DNA of 64,000 nt, taken from positions 1,627-65,626 of the forward strand of contig CALXFF010000003.1 of the NCBI GenBank assembly GCA_944387525.1, written 5' to 3'. Position 1 is the first letter of the stretch. The number at the start of each line of letters is the position of its first letter. Shown here in pieces: positions 18,802-28,974 of this stretch. The translations under genes were made by a program, and so were the position numbers. The stretch is from an uncultured Clostridia bacterium. GTDB taxonomy: Bacteria; Bacillota; Clostridia; TANB77; CAG-508. The notes beneath the pieces were generated by a model that searched no databases, had not been told where the DNA came from, and saw nothing but the letters and a program-made list of their open reading frames with translations.

Positions 18802-21405
18802 CTTTCCATAGTATGAATCTAGTAATATTTGTTTTAACTCTGTTACTAGAGGCACGCGTGGATTTGCTGTTGTACATTGGTCTTCAAATGCTCTATCAGC
18901 TAACATATCTACTTTTGCTAAAAATTCTTGTTCTTCTATTCCAGCTTCTTTAAATGTGCTTGGAATATTTAATTTTTTATTCATTTCTATGATTTTTTCA
19001 ATTAAACTATTGATTCCTTCTTCTACAGTATCTGCTTTTAATCCCGCTTTTTTAGCTAATCTATAATATTTTTGGTCTGCTATGAAATATTCATATTTAG
19101 GGAATGATACAAATTTACTTGGTTTTGAGCTATTATATCTTATTACATATGGTAATAAAATTGCATTTATTCTTCCATGTGGTAAATGGAATTCTCCACC
19201 TATTTTATGTGCTAATGAATGGTTAATTCCTAAAAATGCATTTGTAAATGCCATTCCAGCTATTGTACTTGCATTATGCATCTTTTCTCTTGCTAGCTTA
19301 TTATCTCCATGTTCATATGCTTCTTGTAAATTTTCAAATACAAGTTCTACTGCCTTTTCTGCTAATCCATCTGTGTAATCTGATGCCATATTTGATACAT
19401 ATGCCTCAATTGCATGTGTTAAAACATCCATTCCCGTATCTGCTGTAACTGATTTTGGCAAACTCATAACTAAGTCTGGGTCTACTATTGCTACATCTGG
19501 TGTTAATTCATAATCTGCTAATGGATATTTTTTATTTTTCTCTTTGTCTGTAATTACTGCAAATGATGTTACTTCTGACCCTGTTCCTGATGTTGTTGGT
19601 ATTGCTACCATTTTACATTTTGTTCCTAACTTAGGGAATTTATATGTTCTTTTTCTAATATCCATAAATTTCAATTTTAAACCTTCAGCATCTGCTTCAG
19701 GATGCTCATAAAATAGCCACATTCCTTTTGCAGCATCTATTGGACTTCCTCCTCCTAATGCTATTATTACATCAGGATTAAAGTTTTTCATTGCTTCTAC
19801 ACCTTTTTTAATTGTATCAAATGATGGATCTGATTCTACTTCACTAAATATTTCTGAATGTACATATTGTTGTCTTTTTCTTAAATGATATAGAATTTTA
19901 TCTACATATCCTAATTTTACCATTCCTTCATCTGTTACAATAAATGCTCTTGTTATATCTGGCATTTTTTCTAAATATTGAATTGAACCAGCTTCAAAAT
20001 ATATCTTTTCTGGAATTTTAAACCATTGCATATTAACTCTCCTTTTCGCTACTCTTTTTATATTTATCAAATTTACTGATGATACATTAGCCGTTGTTGA
20101 ATTTCCACCAAATGAACCACATCCTAGTGTTAATGATGGCATATTTGTGTTATATATATCACCAATTGCTCCATGAGTAGATGGAGAATTTACAATTATT
20201 CTTCCTGCTTTCATAGTTTCTGAAAATCTTAATATTGTATCTCTATTTTCAGAATGAATAACTGCTGAATGTCCTAATCCACCAAATTCAATCAATTGTT
20301 CTGATTTTTTTATTCCTTCATCTTCGTTTTCAACTATATAATATGTTAAAACGGGACTTAATTTTTCTTTTGAAAATGGATATTCTCTTCCTATTCCATC
20401 TTCATACACAACTATTACTTTTGTATCTTCTGGTATTTCAAATCCTGCCTCTTTTGCAATTTTATATGGTGATTGTCCTGGTACATGTGATTTTAACTTA
20501 TATCCATATTCTTCTGTATAATCAAACATACTATCTTGTAATTTTTTCTTTTCTTCTGGATTTACAAAATAACATCCTGCTTCTCTCATCAATTTTTCAA
20601 ATTCTTCGTAAATTTCTCTATCAACTAATACCGCCTGCTCTGATGCACATATCATTCCATTATCAAATGCTTTAGACATTACTAAATCATTTACTGATGT
20701 TTTTAATTTTGCTGTTTTATCAATATAGCAAGGTACATTTCCAGGTCCTACTCCTAATGCTGGTTTTCCACAAGAATATGCTGACTTAACCATTCCTGTT
20801 CCACCTGTTGCAAGTATTAAGTTTACATCAGGATGATTCATTAACATTCTTGTTGCAGTTATTGATGGTTCTTCTATCCATAATATACAATTTTCTGGAG
20901 CTCCGGCTTTTATTGCTGCATCTCTTAAAATTTTTGCTGCCATACTACTTGATTTTTGTGCAGATGGGTGAAATCCAAATATTATTACATTTCTTGTTTT
21001 TGCTGCTATTATTGACTTAAACATTGTTGTAGAAGTTGGATTTGTAACAGGTGTAACTCCTGCAATTATTCCTACTGGTTCTGCTATTTCTACATATCCT
21101 TCTTCTTCATTTTCACTAATTATACCTACTGTTTTTTCATATTTTATACTATGATATATATATTCTGTTGCAAACATGTTCTTTGTTATTTTATCTTCAT
21201 ATATTCCTCTTTTTGTTTCTTCTACTGCTAATTTTGCAAGTTCCATGTGATGCTCTAGTCCTGCCATTGACATTGCTTTTGTTATATTGTCTACTGTTTC
21301 TTGATCTAATTTCATGTATTCCTGTGATGCTATTTTCGCCTTTTCTACAAGGTCATTTATCATTTTTTGAACTTTTTGTTCTTCTTGTGCACTTACTTTT
21401 GCCAT
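18793..21405 (-). CDS. adhE: Bifunctional acetaldehyde-CoA/alcohol dehydrogenase
   Basis: 870 aa. N-terminal aldehyde dehydrogenase half plus C-terminal iron-type ADH half ([10 protein letters not shown]). The last codons and stop (AGG GAT TAG) lie in repeat A3. Confidence 0.93.
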   Translation of the reverse strand: MAKVSAQEEQKVQKMINDLVEKAKIASQEYMKLDQETVDNITKAMSMAGLEHHMELAKLAVEETKRGIYEDKITKNMFATEYIYHSIKYEKTVGIISENEEEGYVEIAEPVGIIAGVTPVTNPTSTTMFKSIIAAKTRNVIIFGFHPSAQKSSSMAAKILRDAAIKAGAPENCILWIEEPSITATRMLMNHPDVNLILATGGTGMVKSAYSCGKPALGVGPGNVPCYIDKTAKLKTSVNDLVMSKAFDNGMICASEQAVLVDREIYEEFEKLMREAGCYFVNPEEKKKLQDSMFDYTEEYGYKLKSHVPGQSPYKIAKEAGFEIPEDTKVIVVYEDGIGREYPFSKEKLSPVLTYYIVENEDEGIKKSEQLIEFGGLGHSAVIHSENRDTILRFSETMKAGRIIVNSPSTHGAIGDIYNTNMPSLTLGCGSFGGNSTTANVSSVNLINIKRVAKRRVNMQWFKIPEKIYFEAGSIQYLEKMPDITRAFIVTDEGMVKLGYVDKILYHLRKRQQYVHSEIFSEVESDPSFDTIKKGVEAMKNFNPDVIIALGGGSPIDAAKGMWLFYEHPEADAEGLKLKFMDIRKRTYKFPKLGTKCKMVAIPTTSGTGSEVTSFAVITDKEKNKKYPLADYELTPDVAIVDPDLVMSLPKSVTADTGMDVLTHAIEAYVSNMASDYTDGLAEKAVELVFENLQEAYEHGDNKLAREKMHNASTIAGMAFTNAFLGINHSLAHKIGGEFHLPHGRINAILLPYVIRYNSSKPSKFVSFPKYEYFIADQKYYRLAKKAGLKADTVEEGINSLIEKIIEMNKKLNIPSTFKEAGIEEQEFLAKVDMLADRAFEDQCTTANPRVPLVTELKQILLDSYYGKRD

Positions 21406-21440
21406 TTAATTCGCCTCCAATCTTTAGTTTTACCACTTTA

Positions 21441-21468
21441 ATTATATATTATAACAAAAAAATGTCAA
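21441..21468 (-). promoter_or_regulatory. Sigma-A type promoter for adhE (TTGACA-16-TATAAT)
   Basis: On the minus strand, TTGACA is at 21468-21463 and TATAAT at 21446-21441, 36 nt upstream of the adhE ATG. The -35 sits in the 3' arm of the upstream terminator hairpin. Confidence 0.5.
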
Positions 21469-21495
21469 GAAAAATCGTTCTATTTTTCTCGACAT
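21455..21495 (-). terminator. Rho-independent terminator after the Rpn gene
   Basis: The minus strand reads ATGTCGAGAAAAAT-AGAACG-ATTTTTCTTGACAT followed by TTTTTTT. Confidence 0.6.
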
Positions 21496-21504
21496 TTTTT
21501 TGAT

Positions 21505-22359
21505 TTATTCGATATTAATATTTTCAATTTCTTTTCTAGTTAATCCTGTTATTTCAATAATTTCTTCTATTGGCATTTTTCTAGATAACATTTTCTTAGC
21601 AATTTCTCTTTGCTTTTTCTTTTTACCAATTTTTTCTCCTTCTTCTATTCCTTCATTTTTAGCTACATTTATGGATATACTATAATTAAATTCCCCTTTT
21701 AATCTTGCTTCATACAACTCCCTTTCTCTTTTGTCCATACTCATTGTATCCACAATTTCTATTGCTTTTTTTATTTCTTTGTTATCTTTTTCTGCCATCT
21801 CTATCTTTTCCTCCTCTCCTATTATTGTCCACAACCATTGTTCTATTTTATTCTCTACTCCTGGATTTTTCTTTTTAAATTTTGGTAATTCTATAAAATG
21901 CATTTCTACATATTCATCTTCTCTTGTTTTCTCAAATTTCATTCTTGCTACTTGATGATAACTATTTCTCCTATAATACTCAAAATTTAAAAAATTTATT
22001 ACAATAGACTTCTTTAATTCTGCATACTCTTTTCCTATTTGTAACTGTCCTGATACATTCTTACTTAAATATACTAAACTTCTATATTTTATATTATGCT
22101 CATTTGTCATTTGCATTTCAATATCAACTATTGTTTTCTCATCCAATTGTGCCTTTATATCTAATACGCTTAATTTATCCTCTATTGCTTCTTTCGGTAT
22201 CTCAGGATTTTGTACCTCTACTTTTTCTATTTTTATATCTAACACTGCTTCTAATAAGTCTTTTAATATGTTTTCATTTCCTTCTTTTGCAAATACTCTT
22301 TTAAATACATAATCATTTGTTAATGGTAATCTTTCTACTGTTTTATTTATATTATTCAA
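21505..22359 (-). CDS. Rpn/YhgA-like PD-(D/E)XK recombination-promoting nuclease (putative transposase family)
   Basis: 284 aa. The N-terminus LPLTNDYVFKRVFAKEGNENILKDLLEAVL ... LSVLDIKAQL ... IVDIEMQ is typical of this family. Confidence 0.75.
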   Translation of the reverse strand: MNNINKTVERLPLTNDYVFKRVFAKEGNENILKDLLEAVLDIKIEKVEVQNPEIPKEAIEDKLSVLDIKAQLDEKTIVDIEMQMTNEHNIKYRSLVYLSKNVSGQLQIGKEYAELKKSIVINFLNFEYYRRNSYHQVARMKFEKTREDEYVEMHFIELPKFKKKNPGVENKIEQWLWTIIGEEEKIEMAEKDNKEIKKAIEIVDTMSMDKRERELYEARLKGEFNYSISINVAKNEGIEEGEKIGKKKKQREIAKKMLSRKMPIEEIIEITGLTRKEIENINIE

Positions 22360-22648
22360 ATTATTTTACTCCTTCCTATTTTACCAGAAATATTAATATT
22401 ATTCAATACTTTCTGCGTAAATTTTTATGTATTAGTAATTGTAATAATACATTTATATTTAAACATATTTTTTAAACTTCTATAAATTTTCACGTGAATT
22501 TTTTTGGATAATTTTAAACACAAGTTTCACTTTTTCAAATTTCAATTCGAACTATAATATTTCAAGAATAAATAAAAATCTAAAATCATTAATCTAAAAA
22601 ATTTGATGTATAAAATGACTGTCAATTACAATTACTGTTTACATATTA

Positions 22649-22720
22649 CCAGAAAATGTCAAAAAAAGCAATGGTTTTTATATTAATTTTATAAAAACTC
22701 ATCGCATTTTTCGACATTTT
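22649..22720 (-). terminator. Nested hairpin terminator after the M23 peptidase gene
   Basis: AAAATGTCAAAAAAAGC (22653-22669) pairs with GCATTTTTCGACATTTT (22704-22720). An inner GTTTTTATA/TATAAAAAC hairpin is nested inside. It starts 2 nt after the stop. Confidence 0.5.
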
Positions 22721-22721
22721 A

Positions 22722-23729
22722 CTAGTTTTGATATAAATAGTCTTGTGGATTTACATGTTCTCCATTAACTCTAATTTCTAAATGTAAATGAGGTCCTGTT
22801 GAATTTCCAGTAGAACCAACTGCTGCAATCACATCTCCTGCTTCAACTTGTTCACCAACTTTTACATACATTTTACTTGTATGAGCATACCAAGTTTCAA
22901 CACCATTTCCATGGTCCACTTTTACTAAATTACCATATGAGCCATCATAACTTGCAGATATTACAGTACCTGCTGCAACAACCTTAATTGGTGTTCCTTT
23001 CGCTGCCGCAATATCTAAACCTGTATGTGTTGATTTTCTAATTCTACTATTTGCACCATAACGTGATGTAATTCTTCCATCAATTGGTGTTACTGCCAAT
23101 TTTATTCCATTAATATCTGGAAGGCTATTTATTCTTTCCTCTTCCTCTTTTTGCTTTTGTTCTTCCTCAATTTTTTCAGCAACTATTGTCTGAGTTTCAG
23201 TTTTAGCTACTTCTAATTCAGAAGTATTAACTTCTTCTTCATTTTCAGTATATTTTTCTATAATTGTCAAATCTACATCTTGTTCACTGTTATTTTCTTT
23301 TATTTCATTTACAATTTCTTCTGCTTCTTCAATTGTGTTAACAGATTGTATTGTTTCATTTTTATATGCTACATCATAATATTTATATGTTACAACTAAT
23401 TCATCTTCGATTTCAGTTGCAATTTCTTTTTCGTTTGTCTCAAGTGTTCTATTAATAAGTTTTAACTCATATTCTGGCTCTTCAGATAAATTTATACTAT
23501 CAACATTTTTTGTTTCTCCACTAATAATTTCATTTTTCAAATTCTCTTCAAATGCTTGTATATTTTCTATATATCCTAATTCTTCACCAGATATGCTTAC
23601 TTTATAGACTGGTCTATATTTTATTAGTACAATCGCGATTATAAAACCAAAAGCTATAATAGCAATGTTAAAATACTTCATAACTTCTTTCGTATAGTAT
23701 TTTAATCTATTTTTTAAAATAAACTTCAC
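22722..23729 (-). CDS. M23 family metallopeptidase (peptidoglycan endopeptidase) with N-terminal TM anchor
   Basis: HTGLDIAAAKGTPI ... VDHGNGVETWYAH ... GSTGNSTGPHLHLEI. Confidence 0.88.
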   Translation of the reverse strand: MKFILKNRLKYYTKEVMKYFNIAIIAFGFIIAIVLIKYRPVYKVSISGEELGYIENIQAFEENLKNEIISGETKNVDSINLSEEPEYELKLINRTLETNEKEIATEIEDELVVTYKYYDVAYKNETIQSVNTIEEAEEIVNEIKENNSEQDVDLTIIEKYTENEEEVNTSELEVAKTETQTIVAEKIEEEQKQKEEEERINSLPDINGIKLAVTPIDGRITSRYGANSRIRKSTHTGLDIAAAKGTPIKVVAAGTVISASYDGSYGNLVKVDHGNGVETWYAHTSKMYVKVGEQVEAGDVIAAVGSTGNSTGPHLHLEIRVNGEHVNPQDYLYQN

Positions 23730-24044
23730 TCTCCTTTTTGATGCTTTTTTAACGCGACTAATGTATATTATACTATATATTCTTTACAAAATCAAATTAT
23801 GTATACATATTTTTATATAATTTGTCAACTTTAGCCTTAATTAATCTTTTTTAACTATATTTTTTCCATATTTTTCTCACATTTTCTTGTTTTTCCTTGC
23901 TTTTTCTTACTTTTTCTTTAGATGTACTTGCAAATTTTTTTAAAATAATTTAACCTATAAGTTATATATGCATTTTTAGTTTCTGTAAATTTAAACTATA
24001 AAATGCTATTATATGCATATAATAAAAATAGGAAGGTGATAAAA

Positions 24045-24383
24045 ATGGCTTTAGATTATACAGTAATCGGTCAAAGAATTAAACAAGCAAGACTTGCAAA
24101 AAATTTAACTCAAGAAGATTTAGCAGAAAAAATTGATATATCAGTAGCTTTTTTAAGCAGAGTAGAAAGAGGTAATTCTCATATAAATTTAAAAAGATTA
24201 AATCAATTATGTGGTTTATTAGATGTAACAGAAGGTTACCTTTTAAATGGTGCATCTAGTAACTCTAAAGAATATCTTGATAGAGAATTTGCAGATTTAA
24301 TTAAAAACTGCTCTCCTGCAAAACAAAAATTAATATACAATGTTGCAAAAACAATTGCTGATACTGACTTAGACGAAGAGTAA
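24045..24383 (+). CDS. XRE-family HTH transcriptional regulator
   Basis: GGAAGGTG lies upstream of ATG 24045. IGQRIKQARLAKNLTQEDLAEKIDISVAFLSRVERG is a classic Cro/CI HTH. Confidence 0.85.
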   Translation: MALDYTVIGQRIKQARLAKNLTQEDLAEKIDISVAFLSRVERGNSHINLKRLNQLCGLLDVTEGYLLNGASSNSKEYLDREFADLIKNCSPAKQKLIYNVAKTIADTDLDEE

Positions 24384-24406
24384 TTTAATATATTAAAATT
24401 TCCAAG

Positions 24407-24466
24407 TAATTCTGAAATTTATTTATTGAAAATATTCAATAGATATTAAATTCAGAATTATTTTTT
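24407..24466 (+). terminator. Hairpin terminator after the XRE gene
   Basis: TAATTCTGAAATTT pairs with AAATTCAGAATTA (one bulge), followed by TTTTTT. Confidence 0.5.
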
Positions 24467-24683
24467 ATGCACAAATATATTTAAAAAAACATTTTTTCTT
24501 ACTTATAATTTTATTATCAAAATTATGTCATTCTTTTATATACAATATTTTATGTATTATGTTTGTTTTATATAAATTTTATCTATTTTTGTAAAATTAT
24601 ATCGTGTTTACGTCATTTTTGTCGTACTTTTTTCATTTTCTATATTGTATAATATTTTTATACTTTTACTATGGAGGTAAGAA

Positions 24684-24875
24684 ATGATTCGTCAATATAG
24701 ATTACAAAATAAATTAACTCAAGAAGAATTAGCTGAAGAAATTGGTATTAGTTGGCGTCAATTACAACGTTTAGAGCATAACGAAGAAAAGACTAGAATT
24801 TCTACTTTCAAAAAAATTGTTAAAGTTCTTAAAATTCCAGATGATGAAGTTTTAAGATTTATAAAAAATAAATAA
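24684..24875 (+). CDS. Small XRE-family HTH protein (63 aa)
   Basis: GGAGG RBS. IRQYRLQNKLTQEELAEEIGISWRQLQRLE is an HTH. Confidence 0.8.
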   Translation: MIRQYRLQNKLTQEELAEEIGISWRQLQRLEHNEEKTRISTFKKIVKVLKIPDDEVLRFIKNK

Positions 24876-24894
24876 TGTTTACAATCCTTATTTT

Positions 24895-24943
24895 AAACAC
24901 CTTAAATTTTCTTTTATAGAAAATAATGGTGTTTATATTTTTT
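24895..24943 (+). terminator. Rho-independent terminator after the small XRE gene
   Basis: AAACACC (24895-24901) pairs with GGTGTTT (24928-24934), then ATATTTTTT. Confidence 0.5.
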
Positions 24944-25152
24944 GTTGCAAAAGCAACAGTCTTTTTCTATTTTTATTATTATGATTTTGTTAAATCAAAT
25001 TTAGTTACTGTTATGAAAGATTATTTTGACAAAATCACCTATTTCCATTGCATAACTTTTATAGCTATGATATTATAAAAAATGGTGAATTTGTCAATAC
25101 TATAAAAGACAATAAATTTAAATTTAATAAAAAATATATAAGGAGGTATATT

Positions 25153-27390
25153 ATGAAATTTGAACAATGGAATGGATTTACACTAGGAGATTGGCAAGAT
25201 GAAATAAATGTAAGAGAATTTATACAAAAAAACTATACACCATATGAAGGAGACAGCTCTTTTTTAGCAGGAGCAACCGAAAAAACAAAAAAACTATGGG
25301 ATGAAGTTTTAGAATTATATCAAAAAGAACATGATTCAGAAGGTGGAGTACTAGATATAGATACAAAAACTGTATCAACAGTTTCTAGCCATGAAGCTGG
25401 ATATATTGATAAAGACTTAGAAGATATAGTTGGGCTTCAAACTGACGCACCTTTAAAAAGAGCTATCATGCCTTTTGGAGGAATCAGAATTGTAGAAAAA
25501 TCATGTGAAGCATATGGAAGAAAAGTAGATGATGAAGTTGAAGAAATCTTCCATAAATATAGAAAGACACACAATGATGGAGTATTTAGTGTTTATACAC
25601 CTGATATTAGAGCTGCAAGAAGTTCTCATTTATTAACAGGATTACCTGATGGATATGGACGTGGAAGAATCATTGGAGATTATAGACGTGTTGCTCTATA
25701 TGGTGTTGATGTTCTAATAGATGAGAAAAAAGATGAATTAGAAGTTTTAAATGTCGATGAAATGACTGAAGAAGTTATTCGTGAAAGAGAAGAAATTAGT
25801 GAACAAATTAAAGCTCTAAATGAATTAAAAGTTATGGCTTCAAAATATGGTTTTGACATTTCTAAGCCTGCAAGCAACGCAAAAGAAGCTGTACAATGGT
25901 TATACTTTGGATATTTAGGAGCAATAAAAGACCAAAATGGTGCTGCAATGAGTTTAGGAAGAACATCAACTTTCTTAGATATCTATTTTGAAAGAGATTT
26001 AAAAAATGGTGTTATAACTGAAGAAGAAGCACAAGAAATTATGGACCATTTTGTTATGAAATTAAGATTAGTACGTTTCTTAAGAACACCTGAATATAAC
26101 GAACTATTTAGTGGAGACCCTGTTTGGGTAACTGAAAGTATTGGTGGTATGGGAATTGATGGTAGAACACTAGTTACTAAAAACTCTTTTAGATTACTAC
26201 ACACATTAGAAACTTTAGGACCTGCTCCAGAACCAAATATGACAGTTTTATGGTCAACAAGACTTCCAGAAGGCTTTAAAAGATACACAACTGACTTATC
26301 TATAAAAACATCATCAATTCAATACGAAAATGATGATTTAATGAAAATCACTTTAGGAGATGACTATGGAATCGCTTGTTGTGTATCACCTATGAAAATT
26401 GGTAAACAAATGCAATTCTTCGGTGCAAGAGCAAATTTAGCAAAAACTTTACTATATGCAATTAATGGTGGTAGAGATGAAATCTCTGGAAAACAAGTTA
26501 CACCAATTTTTGCACCAATAACTTCTGAATACTTAGATTATGATGAAGTAATGACAAAATTTGACCAAATGATGGATTACGTTGCAAGAATTTATATAAA
26601 AGCATTAAATGCAATTCATTATATGCATGATAAATATTCATATGAAGCAATCGAAATGGCATTACATGATAGAGAAATATTAAGAACAATGGCTTGTGGT
26701 ATAGCTGGATTATCTGTTGTAGCAGATTCACTATCTGCAATAAAATATGCAAAAGTTAAAGTAATTAGAAATGAAGATGGACTAGCTGTTGACTATGAAG
26801 TTGAAGGAGACTTCCCAAAATTCGGAAATGATGATGACAGAGTAGACCAAATAGCAGTTGATATTACAAAGAAATTTATGAATAAATTAAGAAAACATCA
26901 AACATATAGAAATTCAAAACACACTTTATCAATATTAACAATAACTTCAAATGTTGTATATGGTAAAGCAACAGGAAACACTCCGGATGGAAGAAGAGCT
27001 GGAGAACCATTCGGACCAGGAGCAAACCCATTACATGGAAGAGATACAAATGGAGCTTTAGCAGTAATGAATTCAATTGCAAAATTACCATTTGACTCAG
27101 CAGAGGATGGAATATCATACACATTCTCAATAACACCTGGAACACTTGGAAAAACAGAAGAACAACGTGTTACGAACCTAATTACAATGCTTGATGGATA
27201 TTTTAAACAAACAGGGCATCATATAAATGTAAATGTATTTGATAGAAGCCTATTAGAAGATGCAATGGAACATCCTGAAAAATATCCACAATTAACAATA
27301 AGAGTATCAGGATATGCAGTACACTTCACAAAATTAACAAGAGAACAACAATTAGACGTAATACACAGAACAATACACGAGAAAATCTAG
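25153..27390 (+). CDS. pflB: Formate C-acetyltransferase (pyruvate formate-lyase)
   Basis: AGGAGG lies 6 nt before ATG 25153. 745 aa. Active-site CC (GIACCVSPM) and glycyl-radical motif [12 protein letters not shown] reject the long N-terminal extension in the ORF track. Confidence 0.93.
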   Translation: MKFEQWNGFTLGDWQDEINVREFIQKNYTPYEGDSSFLAGATEKTKKLWDEVLELYQKEHDSEGGVLDIDTKTVSTVSSHEAGYIDKDLEDIVGLQTDAPLKRAIMPFGGIRIVEKSCEAYGRKVDDEVEEIFHKYRKTHNDGVFSVYTPDIRAARSSHLLTGLPDGYGRGRIIGDYRRVALYGVDVLIDEKKDELEVLNVDEMTEEVIREREEISEQIKALNELKVMASKYGFDISKPASNAKEAVQWLYFGYLGAIKDQNGAAMSLGRTSTFLDIYFERDLKNGVITEEEAQEIMDHFVMKLRLVRFLRTPEYNELFSGDPVWVTESIGGMGIDGRTLVTKNSFRLLHTLETLGPAPEPNMTVLWSTRLPEGFKRYTTDLSIKTSSIQYENDDLMKITLGDDYGIACCVSPMKIGKQMQFFGARANLAKTLLYAINGGRDEISGKQVTPIFAPITSEYLDYDEVMTKFDQMMDYVARIYIKALNAIHYMHDKYSYEAIEMALHDREILRTMACGIAGLSVVADSLSAIKYAKVKVIRNEDGLAVDYEVEGDFPKFGNDDDRVDQIAVDITKKFMNKLRKHQTYRNSKHTLSILTITSNVVYGKATGNTPDGRRAGEPFGPGANPLHGRDTNGALAVMNSIAKLPFDSAEDGISYTFSITPGTLGKTEEQRVTNLITMLDGYFKQTGHHINVNVFDRSLLEDAMEHPEKYPQLTIRVSGYAVHFTKLTREQQLDVIHRTIHEKI

Positions 27391-27391
27391 A

Positions 27392-27519
27392 CAGGGATTA
27401 GGGGGACGGTCCTAAAATCCCTGTTTTCAGGGATTTAGGGACGGACCTTTAAAAGTAGCGTCCCTAAACTAACCAAAAATGGTCAGTTCAAACCTGTCCC
27501 CAAACTAACCACACAAACC
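27392..27519 (+). repeat. Repeat family A, copy A4: full composite (modules a+b+c)
   Basis: CAGGGATTAGGGGGACGGTCCTAAAATCCCTG, then TTTT, then CAGGGATTTAGGGACGGACCTT, then TAAAAGTAGCGTCCCTAAACTAACCAAAAATGGTCAGTTCAAACCTGTCCCCAAACTAACCACAC. Starts 2 nt after the pflB stop. Confidence 0.9.
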
Positions 27520-27544
27520 ATAGTCATATGAAAGGAAATTTATC

Positions 27545-28282
27545 ATGAATAATACTAACAAAGATTTACAATACTACGCTAAAGTTCACTCAATAGAATC
27601 TTTTGGAACTGTTGATGGTCCTGGGATTAGATTTGTATTATTTTTACAAGGTTGCCATCTCCAATGCAAATATTGCCATAATCGTGATACTTGGGACATT
27701 AATGGTGGACATTATCACTCATTAGATGAAATATTAGATAAAATTTTGCGTTATAGAAACTATATCCAGCCAGATGGTGGAGTTACCGTGACTGGTGGAG
27801 AACCATTACTACAAGTTCATTTTTTGATAGCTTTATTCACTAAATTAAAGGAATATAATATTCACACTTGCATTGACACCTCTGGTATGGTTGCTTTAAC
27901 TGATGATGTTAAAAAACTTCTAACTTTAACTGATTTAGTCCTATTAGATATTAAGCATATAGATAATGAAAAATGTAAGTCTTTAGTCGGTGTTGGAAAT
28001 AAGTTGGAATTAGAATTTGCAAATTATTTAAGTGATAATAATATCCCTGTTTGGATTAGACAAGTTTTAATTCCAGGATATACTGATGATACTAATGATT
28101 TACTACAATTAAAAGTTTTTATAAATTCTTTGTCTAATGTTCAAAAAGTTGAAATTCTTCCATATCATAGTATGGGAAAATATAAATGGGAAAAGCTTTG
28201 TCTAAAATATGAATTAGATGGTGTAAGAGATGCAAATAATGATGATGTTCAAAGAGCAAAAAAAGTTCTGGGAATTACCTAG
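27545..28282 (+). CDS. pflA: Pyruvate formate-lyase activating enzyme (radical SAM)
   Basis: 245 aa. CHLQCKYCHN cluster motif and GGVTVTGGEP. Directly downstream of pflB. Confidence 0.92.
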   Translation: MNNTNKDLQYYAKVHSIESFGTVDGPGIRFVLFLQGCHLQCKYCHNRDTWDINGGHYHSLDEILDKILRYRNYIQPDGGVTVTGGEPLLQVHFLIALFTKLKEYNIHTCIDTSGMVALTDDVKKLLTLTDLVLLDIKHIDNEKCKSLVGVGNKLELEFANYLSDNNIPVWIRQVLIPGYTDDTNDLLQLKVFINSLSNVQKVEILPYHSMGKYKWEKLCLKYELDGVRDANNDDVQRAKKVLGIT

Positions 28283-28329
28283 AACTTTTTTTGTATTAAT
28301 TTTAGTGTGTTTGAGTTTTCGGATTGATT

Positions 28330-28788
28330 TTAATCAGAGAAAAAGATTTCTAATAATTCTCCTGTATTATAAGCTGTAAAAACATCTGCATGACATGAAC
28401 GCTCTGCGCCTAAAAATCCCACTAATTTATTTGCAAGTTCATTATACTCACCATTGATTTTTTTAAGCGAATCTATAACCTGATACCAATCTTTTAATAC
28501 ATCAATATCACTTATTCCTGCCATCATGCAGACAAAACAAAATTGTAATGCATCATCTGGATATATCTCGAAGTTGTCTTCATTGATATAATATTCTCTT
28601 TTTGCTAAAGAGTCTCTTACTTTCTGTCTAAAGTCAAACAATTTTTCAAAGAGTTTCTTTTTTTCTTTGGCATAAACTGTATTGACTTTTATAATTCCAC
28701 CTTCTTTTTGTGCATCAATCAGTTTTTCTACAACCCTCTCTTCATGAAACAACCGTATCATTTCATTAAGTCTTTCTTCTGGTTTCAT
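28330..28788 (-). CDS. Hypothetical protein, 152 aa (contains one ordinary in-frame CGG at 28755-28753)
   Basis: ORF with ATG and AGGAGG upstream. No family recognised. Slightly higher GC than its neighbours. Confidence 0.5.
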   Translation of the reverse strand: MKPEERLNEMIRLFHEERVVEKLIDAQKEGGIIKVNTVYAKEKKKLFEKLFDFRQKVRDSLAKREYYINEDNFEIYPDDALQFCFVCMMAGISDIDVLKDWYQVIDSLKKINGEYNELANKLVGFLGAERSCHADVFTAYNTGELLEIFFSD

Positions 28789-28946
28789 TATTTACCTCCT
28801 ATATCTTTTATAGTCATAAATTGATTTTTACTCAAACACTTCAACCAATTTATGTCCACTATTATAATACAAAACTTTAAGAATTTCAAGTCGAATTAAA
28901 AGCCTATTTTAAAACTATATAAAATTTTTATCCAAAAATCAAAATT

Positions 28947-28968
28947 AGAGGTCCGTCCCTAAATCCCT
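28947..28968 (-). repeat. Repeat family A, copy A5 (module b only, reverse orientation)
   Basis: AGAGGTCCGTCCCTAAATCCCT, just after the stop of the 311-aa gene. Confidence 0.75.
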
Positions 28969-28974
28969 CTTCTC

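Noticed and set aside
24960-25050. A Rex/FNR-type operator upstream of pflB (TTGTTAAATCAAATTTAG) and upstream of adhE.
   Set aside because: Only one half-site resembles the TTGTTAA/TTAACAA palindrome. The adhE-upstream palindrome is better explained as the Rpn terminator.
25048-25152. N-terminal extensions of ORF-track entries for pflB (and likewise leuS 42078, the XRE gene 24003, the HExxH protein 44927, the ATPase 52447 and others).
   Set aside because: Internal ATG codons with good Shine-Dalgarno spacing coincide with the start of homology. The extensions are AT-rich low-complexity read-through of promoter regions.
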